NCBI GenBank assembly: GCA_035084275.1
Contig: CM068743.1
Location: forward strand, 56,544,001-56,608,000
From: Hydrolagus colliei
Taxonomy: Eukaryota
Length of the DNA stretch: 64,000 bases
Reading direction: 5' to 3'
Shown here: piece after piece, positions 39,111-52,082 of the stretch
Position numbering within the stretch: position 1 is the stretch's first letter
How the letters are laid out: the number at the start of each line of letters is the position of its first letter
The notes under the pieces: model-generated
Told to the model about the DNA's origin: nothing
Databases searched by the model: none
Seen by the model: the letters and a program-made list of their open reading frames with translations, nothing else
Translations under genes and position numbers: made by a program

Positions 39111-40315
39111 GTTTAATAGTGGCATGGTGTTGTAAGATTCTGTAATTGGTATGCTAAATAATGTCTCAAATTATGTTAGCGATATATATGTGTTTATATA
39201 CATTTGAGATATGTGATCAATCGCATATGATGGGAGCTGGGTGTGACTAGCTTTGCAGAAGAAACAAAAGAGTGTAAATAAACAACAAACTGTTTTCAAT
39301 CCCTGTCAGTAATTTTCTCATGGAAAAATGGTCTGCAGCTGGAGAAAGAGCCGTGTTGCATTTATTTCTACAAAGGAACCATCTTTTGACAAAAGGTGAA
39401 AGCTCACCTAATAAACGGTATAAATGGAGACTGATTTGGAAGATAATTAGAAGAAAGAATTGATACCTAGAAGAAACTATTGAAGAAGAGGGATCAAATT
39501 GGACATGTAATAGTAGAATTTATTATTAGTACCTCGATACTTTCAGATGACAGAAAATACAATACCTGAATACTTTGGGATATTGAACTGGAAACTGTGG
39601 AACAATACTTGGTTACCTTTTGATGGATTTATATGCGGATTAAAATGGAAATTAAATTGGACATTGCTACTCTATCTCTTCCACAACATATGGTTTGGTC
39701 AACTTAAATTGTTGTGAACTGTGCGTCAATAAGTAAGCATTATTGTGATGTATTCTTATCATTACTTATAACTATTACTAATCTGAATTAATAAACATCA
39801 ACAATTTTTGTACAAGATTTGTATTGGACCTTACTTCACCACAGCGTCACAAATTTAAATCAACCCTTACAATGTATGTGTATCAGCCTGGCTCAGTTTG
39901 CACCATTCTTGCAGTCAGTGAGTAATGCACACAAGCCCCAAATCGGGACTTTGAATCTCATACAGTACATACTCTAATGCATTCCTGGGGGTTTGCTGTA
40001 TTGATGCTTTGAGACATTTTTACAATATGCTAAATCGATACATTATATCCACTGTAAGGATTATTATACTGTATATTATTATAATTTCCTATGAAGGTTT
40101 CACACATTGAATCAATTGAAGTTCTACCAGGTGTGAAAACTGTCCTCGATATTTTATTAGTTACATTATGACTAGTTATATACTGTATTATGTTAAATTC
40201 TTACAATGTTAAAATTGTAATATAACAGTCATATTCATTTGGGATTGAATTAAAATAAGGTGGTATTCCTGTTTTCTTTTTTTCTTTTTTTTCTGCCCTC
40301 AAAATGTTAAATTGG

Positions 40316-40385
40316 ATGCTGAGAGCAGATAGACCAGGGGAAAACATCATTGCATGTTTTCCCCTGGTCTATCTGCTCTCAGCAT
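40316..40385. repeat. Perfect 32-bp inverted repeat with 6-nt loop
   Basis: atgctgagagcagatagaccaggggaaaacat-cattgc-atgttttcccctggtctatctgctctcagcat. Confidence 0.98.
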
Positions 40386-41711
40386 TGGGGATGGTTTCCC
40401 TAAGTTGATAAATTTACAGATCTTGGCGAGTGGAAGTATCTTATTCTCCTTTGGTCTATAAATGTATCAACCATAGTAAGTGATTGTATAATGCAAACAT
40501 CCAATTATGAGCTCACACTGTTAAGGTCCATACATTTCTTATCTGCAGGAGAAGGCTAGGGATAAAGCAAACCTATCCCTGGACTAAAGTAGCTTCTTTA
40601 CTTAGGCTAGATTTGGGGAAGTAGAGAGTTTTCTGATGAGTTTCAGAGTTCTCCATGAAAGTATAACAATAGGGATGTGTGTAATTTACTTACTAGAATT
40701 ACAGGAAGTCTTTGTTGTCTGCTGCTAGGACATTATTACATTTATAATGTGCTTTGTGAATAAATCCGGTTGAACCGAGCTCTTATGTGGTTCTGTATTT
40801 TTTGCTCTGCACAACTATTTGGCATTAAACTTTTGAATGACGGACTCTCTGGTGCTTCAGTCAATACACAATCAAAATGTATACATGGGGATAGATACTT
40901 ATGTGATAATTCGCTCTATCATGTCACAAAGCATTTCATAGAATTTGGGTAAAGTGTGGTGAGTGTGACAATACTCAATCAACAATGCATACATGTAGGT
41001 AAACACAAACGGCAAATGAACCCGTCAATTGTGTTAGCCTAATAGCACTCTCATCACAAAGTCAGAAGCTCCAGACCCATAACGAGACTTGGAACTATTC
41101 TAGTGTAAGCTGACCATTCAATGCAGTGCTGTCCTTTAGATTTAAACCAAAGGTGTCTGTTTCAACATTAAAGCTCCCGTGGCACCATTTGAAACAAGTT
41201 TCTCTCAATATCCTGCTGAACAATTATTATTAATTGGACGGATATCTGTGATTCTAGCATACCTTCTCTATGATAATAGGGACTTTATATTTCAATAAGT
41301 ACAATAAAGTGTGGTCATCACATTTAGTTTCAATTGCAGGTCTTTGCTTCTGTTTACAAGCACTTGACAGGAAACTTTAGGAAACACGTGGGTCCTGTTG
41401 AGCATAAAGCATCAACAGAGCTGTCAAGTTGAATTTATGCCTAGTCAAACCCAATAATATTGGGGGAAAAAAGTAACGCTTCATTTCAATGGGTCTGAAA
41501 TCTGTCTTTACTTTCTCACAGAATGTGACTGCTAGCGTTGTGTTTCACCTTGGGAAATGAGCCATAATCAATTCTCTTATGTTCGGAAAGGCAACATTTT
41601 CTTCAGAAATGCAATGATGTTTTCTTAAATGTGTGATGTAGTTCAGCTAAGTCCTCAGGGAAGCCTGCCATGGAAAGAATTTTGGTTTGCCCATCAGCAA
41701 TGTAGCATAAA

Positions 41712-41739
41712 TTCCCCTGGTCTATCTGCTCTCAGCATC
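41712..41739. repeat. Third copy of the hairpin arm
   Basis: ttcccctggtctatctgctctcagcatc, the exact reverse complement of 40315-40342. Confidence 0.98.
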
Positions 41740-42074
41740 TGCTACACACAAGTTTGCCCCTGACTATAACCTTCTTGTTATGCTATATAATGTTAAAGCA
41801 CAGAGCAATGCATTGCAGAAATATCCCTCGGGAGCTGACCAATGCAGTGGTTAAGTATAGTTGAGCATTACCCTCTGTTGTTAACACACCTTTTTTCGGG
41901 TTTTTTAAATGAATGTAATAAAACACATGAATGCGTTTCTATTAGTGGAGTATAGATCATTGCACAACATGCTATAAAGGTCAGAGACAAAATAACATTA
42001 CTCTGGTTGCATAGCAACATATGTGCAGAATGGCACGCATGTGGATTTTAAAATAGAAAAAAAATCCTATCCTA

Positions 42075-42399
42075 ACCATCTCAAGTTGTTTGCATCTTTT
42101 AGTTTTGCTGGAATGGAATGTGTGAAATCAATAGCTGAGCACATAGAAATGACATTTATGTAATTTGAAAGAGGTTCGGAGTGGCTGCATTTCTGGTGGT
42201 AACTTCAGTGGACACTCAGATGACCAAATAGTAGAGCGCAACCTTGATGCTTCTGTGTCACTGCTAATCAGTGGAGAAAGTTATGATACTGGACACAAAT
42301 CTGCCTTGTGACTTGACATGTTCTCCCATTCATGTGAAGGGATCACTGGGCAACGAGGTCTGTCACTGCTGGGCACTGTTGTTGATGCAGGTTTGAATC
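42075..42399 (-). pseudogene. Decayed phase-1 exon-like cassette, P/S-rich
   Basis: ctgatcaccaacag|GA TTC..; FKPASTTVPSSDRPRCPVIPSHEWENMSSHKADLCPVS*LSPLISSDTEASR... Confidence 0.35.
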
Positions 42400-43052
42400 C
42401 TGTTGGTGATCAGTATTGAACTTTATCGAACTGGTATGAGTGACCAAAAAAGTGGACTGACCCACATTAGGCTTAACAGTGAGAGTCACCTCAGGAGGGG
42501 GGTGTAGCCAATTACAGGAGACACAGGGGCAAACAGCCGTTGCAGCTGTTGGCTTCCATTCTTTCCCTCTTAATGGATAAAAGAGTAATAATTAGAAAGA
42601 GGGCTGAAATTTAAAACTACCACATTGCTAACATATTTAGGCTCTGCTTAAGTCATGTGTATTAATTCCATCATTCTGCCTTCATGTAAGTGACAGCAGG
42701 TGCATGTTAAATTCAGCCTCGAGCAAAAGGGAAACTTTGGTTAAAACATTCTCATGCAGTCTGTTTGATATTCAGCTTGAGCTAGATTTGTTATTGCAGC
42801 ACTCTGCTGGCCCGATGTTGATTATTATCACCATAACCTGGCACTTTTCTCAGGAAGCAAACCATAGTACAAAACACAATCCTCTGGTTGTTGTAGCTTG
42901 TACAGCATGTCCCGGCCTTGGAGATCAGTGAACAGCAGACTGCTATCTCCAGTGGAAAAAATATAATTGTTTTTCTTTTAAGCCCACACAGGATATAAGT
43001 GTGTGAGATAATTTCCTTCATATTTCACCACTTAGTATGCACTGTTTTTGTT

Positions 43053-43288
43053 TTACATTTGTGTTGATTTTTTCCCCTGCTCTTCATCTCTGTGTTTTAG
43101 TTTGGTAAGATATTTCCTTCCTTTTATTTTCCTCCCATGCACCGACCCTTGGTAGAGTGGATGATAGAGTAAGCTAGGCCTACACCAGCGCTGTTTAAAA
43201 ATCCAGCTCTTGGGAAAAGTAGACGTGACTGTCCCTCTCATTCTTTCCTTTCCTGTGGAGAAGCCTTCACTTTGCACCTCCTTCCCAG
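43053..43288 (-). CDS. Candidate phase-1 exon, open for ~77 codons
   Basis: ctgacacctctctttcaacttcag|CT GGG AAG GAG GTG..; GKEVQSEGFSTGKERMRG...RDEEQGKKSTQM. Confidence 0.4.
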
Positions 43289-43569
43289 CTGAAGTTGAAA
43301 GAGAGGTGTCAGCCTACAACAAAACAAAAAAATTACATTTGTAGAGTGCCTTTCACATTGGGAGGACATGCCAAGGCACTGAAAGCCTAGCTCAGTCGAT
43401 AACACTCTCGGCTGTAAATCAGAGTTTGTGTGTTCAAATGCGATATCAAATGCAATAATTATTGTTATTGTTATTGTTATTATTATTATTATTGAAGCTA
43501 CAAGCCAGGCCGTCCAGCTCAAATTTGAGACAGTCAGACAACAAGAAATTACCCTTGTATTATTACTTT

Positions 43570-43918
43570 CACGTCAGACGGACATCCCGATACAGTGCTG
43601 GGGGGTTTGCTGCATTGTGGGAGGTGCTGTCCTTCAACTGATAAACTTAGGCCTGTCTGCTTGTTCAGGTGGACGTTAAAGATCCTATGACAATATCTGA
43701 AAAATATAGTTTCTTCTGATGTCCTGGCCAACAATTCTCCAAATAAAATTGGTTGTTCACTTAATCACTGGCTGTGGGATATTGTTGTGCATAATTGTCT
43801 GCTGGGTCTGCTTACAAAATATAGTCACTACAGTTTACAGGTAAATCCAAGGAAGTACTTTGAGTCGTTCTCCTGATGCAAAAGGTTGGCATATCAAATG
43901 CAAGGCATATTATTATTG
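43570..43918 (+). mobile_element. DeuSINE-type SINE
   Basis: ggcctgtctgcttgttcaggtggacgttaaagatcc..gtcctggccaacaat core and tail. Confidence 0.8.
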
Positions 43919-44018
43919 GAACTGTCTATACCAGAAAATTAATAGGCAAACCAATCTCGCATCATTTTACGCAATCATGTGCTACACAGACATTTTGATA
44001 ATAATGTCAATTCTTTAC

Positions 44019-44403
44019 CTTTTTCTAGCTGCCTCTGTGATGTGATTTTGAGAAATTGAAGCGGTCAAATTGCGGGTTTATTTATCAGTTTTTGCTCCTT
44101 TCCATACTGACACTGGCTGCCATTAGAGCAATGAAACAGTAGCATTGCCTCCAAGTCAGTATTTCATTTGTGTTTCTTGGGCATGTACAGCAGTTTACAA
44201 GCCAGGCGTCTTCTCCTCAGTGATATGTTGCTTCTCTTGATAGTAACTGGTCATCAAATGCATATTCTTAACAAAATGTTTGAAGGTCAAAGACAGACCT
44301 TACAGCAAACACATTCCACAGACTGCTACAGCTCATGGAAATGTCCCAAGCAATGCATAAAGTTCACTAGGCAGCAGCAAGACATTAAATTTGCCAATTA
44401 GTG
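44019..44403 (-). pseudogene. Decayed exon-like cassette
   Basis: Strong acceptor tttttcttaatcttcttag| and donor aaag|gtaaag. The phase-1 frame has several stops. Confidence 0.3.
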
Positions 44404-44989
44404 CTAAGAAGATTAAGAAAAATAAAATAAATGAGTGGAAGGAGTGGTTGTATGCCAGTAGGGAACTCACAATTGCCATCATGAAAGGCATACACTAGGC
44501 ACATCACGGGCCCTTTTAAACAGACGGCAAATCTGCATTTGTTGTCAATTTGCATTGGATTTACTGAGTAGCAAGAATAATTAACTCTGATGGTGCTGGC
44601 AAGTAAATCATTCTGATCTTCCGTGTTCAGAGTTGATGTGGGCTCTGAAGCAGAGTTCACATCAGGTTAGCATTAAATTGAGGTCCTGTCTGTTATTCAG
44701 GTGAACGTTAACAAACCAATGGAACCATTCAAAAAGAGAAGGGACTTTCTTCCAATGGCCTGGCCAACAATACCTCAAATACAATTGGTCACACATTCCA
44801 TGGCTGTTTGTGAGACATTGCTATGCACAAATTGTCTGCTGTGTTTACCCACAAAATATCTTGATGATGTGATAAGGTACTACTAGAAGTGCAAGAATTA
44901 TTATAATAAGCTGTAGTCAAAAGGTACCTTAAGCAACTTGACCGAGGAGCAATGGAACCTGAAGTTCTCCCATGCTGAAATGATCATTT

Positions 44990-45445
44990 TGTGCCAGCCT
45001 GGCTCAGCCTTCTAGCACTATTGACTCTGAGTCAGAAGATGTGGGTTCAAGCCCCATATCAGAACTTAGAACCAACGCAGTCTATGCTGACAAACTTAAG
45101 AACAGCAACAAACAAAATTATAATTATATAGTGTTTATCACGTCGGGAGGATGTAATGCAGCACTCGGTGTGTGCTCCATTGTTGAAAATGCCATCGTTC
45201 AGGTGATAAATTAAACCAAGTTCCCCTCTGCCTGCTTAAGTAGAAATGAAAGATTCCATGGCACTATTTATCAAAAAAAGGAGTTTCTCCCAGTGTCCTG
45301 GCCAACAATCCCCCTAATAGAAGTGATCACTCACTCCATTCCTGTTTGTGATACATTACTGTGTGAAAATTGGTGCCACATTCACCCACAGTATATCATG
45401 TGATGTGCTTTAAGACATTTCAATGATGTGACAATTCTATCACAT
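44990..45445 (+). mobile_element. DeuSINE-type SINE
   Basis: gtgccagcctggctcag..ctgagtcagaag..gggttcaagcccc head; aagattccatggcactattt core. Confidence 0.8.
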
Positions 45446-45775
45446 ATCAACCTGTCAGCTCCCTCCGCTCAGCTGCTTGTGGCTTGCTCCGTGTCCCCTG
45501 CTTGGCCCACCCCAAGATCGGGCCTTTACTTCTCTGCTCCCACCCTATGGAACTCATTCCCTTCACCTCATTCCATCCCTCGTCTCCATCAAGGCATGTC
45601 TCAAGACCCTCCTCTTCAACACTGCCTTTGGCCACCCTTCTACCCTCCCTGTGCTCCACCAACCCTGATCCCTACCCCCACTAACCAACAAAAGCTCGGA
45701 TCCAAATCCCTGACTGTCCAGCACCATAGGATGTGCCCCTGATGTGTACAGCGCTATACAAATGCAATATTGTAT
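45446..45775 (+). mobile_element. L2 3' end
   Basis: FSAPTLWNS motif; gcgctatacaaatgcaa tail. Confidence 0.8.
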
Positions 45776-47925
45776 TGCATCAGGTGTTATATTAAAAGTA
45801 AAGATTTTGATTATATTACATCAGTTTGTTTAGTGCAGATGAGAATTGGAGGCTTTGTTGTTAGACTAATTAGTTTCCTGTAATTTGCAGGTAAATAATG
45901 ATAGCAATATAGTCTCATATGTATTAGACTGAAACAGTCACCTAAGTCTTAAAAAAATGACTGCTTGTGGGACACTGCTGTGGCTGCCACAATTCGCCCG
46001 TAAAACATAGTCAATTTACTTTTATAGTCCTGTATACTGTGAAGCACTTTGAGACGTTTTGAAGACTTGACTTTGAGACTTTCGAAGATAAGGCATTATA
46101 TCAAATGTAATTATTATTATTATTTTTAAAGTTATATATATATCGCTGATGTAGAGGAGTTTAAAGAATATTAGCAAGATTTGTATTAAAAATTTTATTT
46201 TATTTTTAAGGGTTAAGGACTTTTTAGACCTGGAAACATATTTGAGAGATTGTTTGTTCCAGTTGTTTTAATATTTAATTTTGAGGCTTTTATAATCAAG
46301 ATCAATATACAGTGTATTCTTTCCAAGCTATTTCAATACCAGAGACTGCATTCTGTTTATGAGCACTCGGTGGGGAACTTTGTACGGAAACACATGGATC
46401 CTGTTGAGCACACATCAATTAGCTTCTCCGTAGATAGACAACATAAGCACATTTGCTCCCTCATTAATTGAGCTTTGCATTCTACATCATATTAATATCT
46501 ATAAATCATTTATGGAAGCTATTAAAGCTTGCAATTTCCAGTAATTGGAAGTGTGGTACAGTTTCATCCGGGTTATAACATAAAACACAGCTTTCTCAGA
46601 TGGACAGATTATTCTTTCACTTCAGAGGAAATTATTTGAAACAGCTGCGGGATGCCACCCCGTGTGAAGGGTATGCACAAACATAAACAACGACAACAAA
46701 ATTACATTTGTAGGGCGTCTTTCACGTCGGCAGGATGTCTCAATGCACTGAAACAGGGACAGAGAGGCAGGACAAGGTAGGTATGGGGAAGCAACAACAA
46801 TAGGGACAGAGAGACAGGGACAGAAAGCTCGGGACAGAGAGATAGGGCTAAGTAAGTAAAACCAGACAGAAAGACGGACGGACGGACAGACGGACAGTCC
46901 AACTGAACTAAAACTGAAACCAACCTAACTGTCAAATTTGATACAGAGGCTAAGATTGAATAGCAAAGCTATAAATTGGTGCAGTGAAAATTATCCAGGT
47001 CTATTTAAGCATATTTGCACATTAGAGTGAAAAGTATTATTTAAACCTTCATAGTGGGCCTAAATCGTCAGATTGGTGGTCAGTGATTTCAGAAAATTTC
47101 TAGAGTAAAAAAATTAAGACATTTAATTCAAGTCCGTCTGCCAATTCAGATGGATGTTAACAATCTACCCCGTGTGAAGGGTATTCGGAAAGAGAACCTG
47201 ATTTCTCTTTGCCAACCATTTCACAGATAAAATTGATCATTCACTTCATGGCTATTTGTAGGACATTGGTGTGTGTAAACTGGGTACTGCCTACTAATAT
47301 ACAGTGACTACACTTTACAATAAATCCTGGGAAATTCTATATGACACTCTCCTGACATAAAAAAATAATCCTTGCCTTTGATATAGCTATTTTAAATATT
47401 TGATGTATGATTTGACATGAACGGGAGCTGCATCAAATGCAATGATTTTATTTTAGGTAAAATATAGAGTGACAGATGGAGGGAAGAGATAAAGGCAGTG
47501 GACTGGAAGGGAGGGAAGGGATGTTTGTATGTGTAGGTGTTTTTCTGTTTATTTCTGTCAATATGTGTTTTATTTACAGTCTTTTCTTCGATATTAGGGA
47601 GTGCTGATATCATCGCAGCAGAGAGAAACGTTAGTCAAGTTTCCTTACTCCACATGCCTCTGTTTATCTAGCAGTAAGTCAGAACCTGATTGTTAGTCGA
47701 TTGGCAAATCGCTTTTCCAGGGATAATAATAATAATTGAAAAAATAGTAACAATAAATTGGTCACTCAGTGCATGACTGTTTGTAGGACACTGCTGTGTG
47801 TAACTGGCAGCTGTGTTTTGCCCATAAACAATATAGTCAATTCACTTTACAGTATATTTTATGAAACACTTTCAGATGTCTTGAATATATGATATGGCAC
47901 TATATCAAATGCAAGAATTATTATT

Positions 47926-48126
47926 ATCTTTGGATGAACAGTCTTAGAGGAATTCTTCCACCAAGCAATGGAAAGAAGTTGAATTCACATCTGCAGGTGA
48001 ATGTGTCACTGTATCCAGGTTCTTGAGTCAATAACCTGGTCATTTCAGCTGCAGATGTTAATCCAGTTGTCCTGGCATTGTCAGATTTAGAAACTCTTCC
48101 AGTGATGTCACCACAAATTGCTTGCT
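47926..48126 (-). CDS. Candidate phase-1 exon, stop-free up to a SINE tail
   Basis: ttttgcttttctcttttatctttgaag|AG CAA..; QAICGDITGRVSKSDNARTTGLTSAAEMTRLLTQEPGYSDTFTCR. Confidence 0.4.
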
Positions 48127-49144
48127 CTTCAAAGATAAAAGAGAAAAGCAAAATCACACAGTGATTGTATCTATGCATTAGCTGCTGATGTTTGTGGATA
48201 ACTCTCCAGGGATGGAGTACTCATCTGAATGCATATTTCCACAGAACCTCTGACCTCCAAACATTTCAAAACATTACATATTTTCATCTTTGTCATGCTA
48301 AAGTATGGCAGTAAAGAAGAACAAGGTGCTTTTTAGCTGTGCATTAGCTTTTCTAAATTGAGGCGAGCACACCAGCTTGGGAACAACAGTTTGCACACAG
48401 CGGAAATATTTTTTTCAAATATAAGTCAAATGTAAATAATACTTATCTGTGAAACAGGCAGTGTTGAATTGCAAGTTAATAAATTATCATCACAATTGCT
48501 ATGTTTTTATGCTTTTATAAAGCTGTTTGCACCCCTGGACAGAATCTGGAGAAACAGCTAATGCAACAAGGCAGCACTTCCATTATACGCTGACACAATA
48601 GTGTTAATATTTTCAGGCAGAAACTCAACATCACCAATATCCAGAGTAGCAATGTGTTCTGGAACAAGGCTATCACACCAAACATACCCCAGTACAGTGT
48701 GTGCACCATATCTGCTTAACTGACATATTCATAAAAGCTCTCTCTCCAGATCCATAATTTATTCATACATTTTACCCATTGTATAGACTGCAACTCCCTA
48801 GCCTCTACTGTACAGCTTTGCAGCTCACTAGCATAATATACATCACCTAGCTACATCTAGCTACAACTGCTTTGTGCAATTGGCTGCCGCATTACACCCA
48901 CAAAATCTACAGTCAATTCATTGCACGTTGCATCCTGTGAAGCACTTTAAGACATCTCGAAGATGTGATAAGATGCTGTGTCAAGTGCAAGGATCACTAT
49001 TATTATATTTTGTAAAGCACCTTGGGACGTCCTCTTGAGGTGAACGGCACTGTATAAATGTGATCTTGCTGTTGTTCTGGTTATTGTTGTTTAGCCTTTT
49101 TATTGAAGCCTTACTATTTTTAATATTGTTCTATAAACTAACTG

Positions 49145-49660
49145 TTGTTACACAATTTACTTTTATACAGTGCCTTTCACATCGGTAGGATATCTCAAAG
49201 TGCTTGAGATTGATTCTGGGTGACGACAACAACACCTTGATTTATATAGCGCCCTCCATGTCAGATGGCATCTCAGAGCGCTTCCCAATAATGGATCCCG
49301 GGGCCGAGCCAGGGGGAGTGGAAAAAGGTGGCCGAAAGCGCAGTCGAAAACAAAGGTCTTTAGCCGAGAGCTGAAAATTGGAAGAGAGGGGGTGAGATGA
49401 AGGGAGTGAGGAACGGAGTTCCAGAGCCTCAGAGCATAATGGCTGAAGGCACAGCCACCGATGGTGAGGCAGAAAATTTGGGGGAAAAGGAGGAGGCCAG
49501 ACCCCATAGAGCAAGGCAACGGATGTGAGGAGAGAGGAGGTCAGAAAGGTAGGTGGGTGTGGAGGAATGGAGTAATTTGAAAACAAGCTATGGTGGGAAT
49601 GGAAGACGTGGAAAGGGGAAAGATGACCGAAAGCACAGTCAAAGAGATTAAGTCTTGAAT
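49145..49660 (-). mobile_element. L2 3' fragments
   Basis: IGGCAFSHYALRLWNSVPHSL..LKTFVF; two stacked tails. Confidence 0.8.
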
Positions 49661-49724
49661 AAAAATGATTTGGGAAACATTGGAGAAGCTTGTGGAGAAA
49701 CATCCCAATATTGGGTTGGATAGG

Positions 49725-50087
49725 TTGGATAGCAGGTTGGATAGTGGGGAACCAGTAGATATGGTATATTTAGATTTTAAGAAGGCATTTGATAAAGTGC
49801 CACACAAAAGGCTATTGCACAAAGTCAAGGCCCACAGGATTAATTGGAACATATTAGCATGGATAGAAGAGTGGCTAACGGGTAGAAAGCCCAGAAGCCT
49901 GTAGATGCTCAGTCCTTGAACATTTTGAAGGCTGAGACTGATAGATTTTTTTTTAAATAGAGGGATTAGGGGATTTGGGGATAGGGCAAGGAATTAGAAT
50001 TAGGTCAGAAGATCAGCCATGATCTTATCAAATGGCGGGGCAGGCTCGAGGGGCCGAATGGCCTGCTCCTAATTCTTATGTTCTTAT
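49725..50087 (+). mobile_element. Internally deleted CR1
   Basis: VYLDFKKAFDKVPH..WLTGRK joined directly to the C-terminal/3' UTR segment seen at 38070-38274. Confidence 0.85.
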
Positions 50088-50856
50088 ATTGCTTTCTCCA
50101 ATTTATCACCTTGTCAGTTAGGTAGCAGTCAAATGAATAAGTTATGGCATGACACAAAATGGCACAATTAAAGAAACGTTCTGTATTTTATTTCTGGCTC
50201 TACAATGATCGATATAAAAGATTTACAGGAAATAAGGAAGAGTAGTCGCTCAAACAGAAAGTTGACCATGGGAGACTTCACAGCCAATTGATTCTGACTC
50301 AGGAGTCATTGAGTGGTAGTCAGAAACCATGGACAATTTCACCAATCTTAGATCTGGAGCTCAGAGGCCAAATGTCATGTTCCTACTGCTTCACTGAGTG
50401 AGATGAACAAATTTAGGATTGACCAGGGATGGGGAATTTTTGGTTTACAAACTGAGCCTTTGAGGGAGTGACAGGCTGTGAATATTGGATCTAAAAGGGA
50501 AAACTACAAATTGAAAGCTCCTTCCTTCAGGTGCATTGTGACGAACAAACTGGAGAGTTGCTAAGGAAATCTGACACTCAAGGAGTTAAGGAAGTATGAA
50601 AATGCAGGGCCAGCCAAAATGAATGTGCGTATGTTACATGATTTCCTTGCCAAAATGTTAGAATACCCAGGTGCAATGACGTTCTTTTGAAGTCGCATTC
50701 CTATGTAAATATTGCTTGTCAACATCTCAATTTTCAATTGCAATTACATATTTAAGCATGTCTAAAAGCATAAGACATGTAGGCTTATACACTCACTGTA
50801 AATTAGTGTTTCTTAGCTCCCCCTAGCCAAGTGGATGAAGGCAGACTGCATGTCCA

Positions 50857-50929
50857 AGCACTCTGAGACGCCGTCCGGCGTGGTGGACGCTATATAAATC
50901 GAAGTTGTTGTTGTTGTTGTTGTTGTTGT
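50857..50929 (+). mobile_element. Extreme L2 3' tip with (TTG)n, inserted in an LF-SINE-like copy
   Basis: Flanked by tgtcca at 50851-56 and 50930-35 (TSD). Confidence 0.75.
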
Positions 50930-51513
50930 TGTCCAGAGCCTACTCCATCACTGTCCAGTGACCTCTGTTAGAAAGTGTGCATGTGTGCTGTATGAGAATA
51001 AGATTGACCCCAGTCAAAAAACTTGATGAAACTCGTTGCCTCAGCAGTGATTGTAAGATTGACCTCCTCAGAAAAGTTTTAGAGGGTGACCAACATCGCT
51101 GGAATCACAGGATCACAAGATTAGTTTGGATGAAGAGAGCTCTTTGGACTGTCTGCAAATTTCCTTTCAGAATCGTTTCTCAGCAAAAAGTAGCTCCTTA
51201 TCTCCAGCTGCTACTAAACAGTTACGTTAAAAGTGCCTTGTTTATTAGTTTGTTTAGAAATTTTAGCAATTAGACAATGATAACAATCTTTACTGGTTGG
51301 AATACCTATCAAAATCTGTCCAAAGGGTAACTTGTAACTAAGTATCCACTTCCCGTATCCACCATACAATTTTGGTAAACAATATTTTTAATTCCTGACT
51401 GTAATTAAAGACAAATCATACTTCATTTGATATAGCAACAGAGCAATCACACCAAATATCAACAATTGGCTTTTCTTGCTCTCGATGATACTCACATAAC
51501 TTTGAGCTATTTC

Positions 51514-52082
51514 TGTGTCAGCATGGCTCAGTTGGTATCACTGAGTCAGAAATTTGTAGGTTTGAACCCCATGTTGTGACTTTGAATTCAGCACTGCAGT
51601 GCATTGCTGAGAATTTGCAGCATTCTTGGAAGTGTCGGACATCAGGTGATATGTTAGCTGAGGTCCAAACTGCCAGTTCAGATAGACATTAAAGATCTCA
51701 TAGTACTAATTGAAACAAAATCAAGTTTCTCTTGATAGAACCATAGAACATTGTGTTTGTGCTGGTGCTTTCAAAGAGCAATCCCAGCCAATCAATCCTT
51801 CTGATATACTTGTCCATTCATTTTATGGCTGTTTATGGGACATTGCTGTGTGTAAATTGGCTGCTGCATTTGCTTACAAAATGTAATAATAATCCCCATA
51901 TTTGATATAGCGTCTTTCACATCAGGAGGTCGTCCCAAAGCACTGCACATGATGAACTGTAAAGTGGAGTAAATTGTAGTTTTGTCGTCGAAAACATAGA
52001 ACAGTCACTACACTTTACAATAGAATCCTTTGAGACATCCTTCTGAAATGCAAAGCGCTATAATGAATGCAAAGATTATCAT
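51514..52082 (+). mobile_element. DeuSINE-type SINE with small nested fragments
   Basis: gtgtcagcatggctcagttggta head, Deu core and tail. Reverse SINE tail at ~51885-51990. Confidence 0.7.

Noticed and set aside
46657-47184. Shared accccgtgtgaagggtat motif at ~46657 and ~47167
   Set aside because: Resembles LINE/SINE tail remnants also seen at ~7891 and ~53165.
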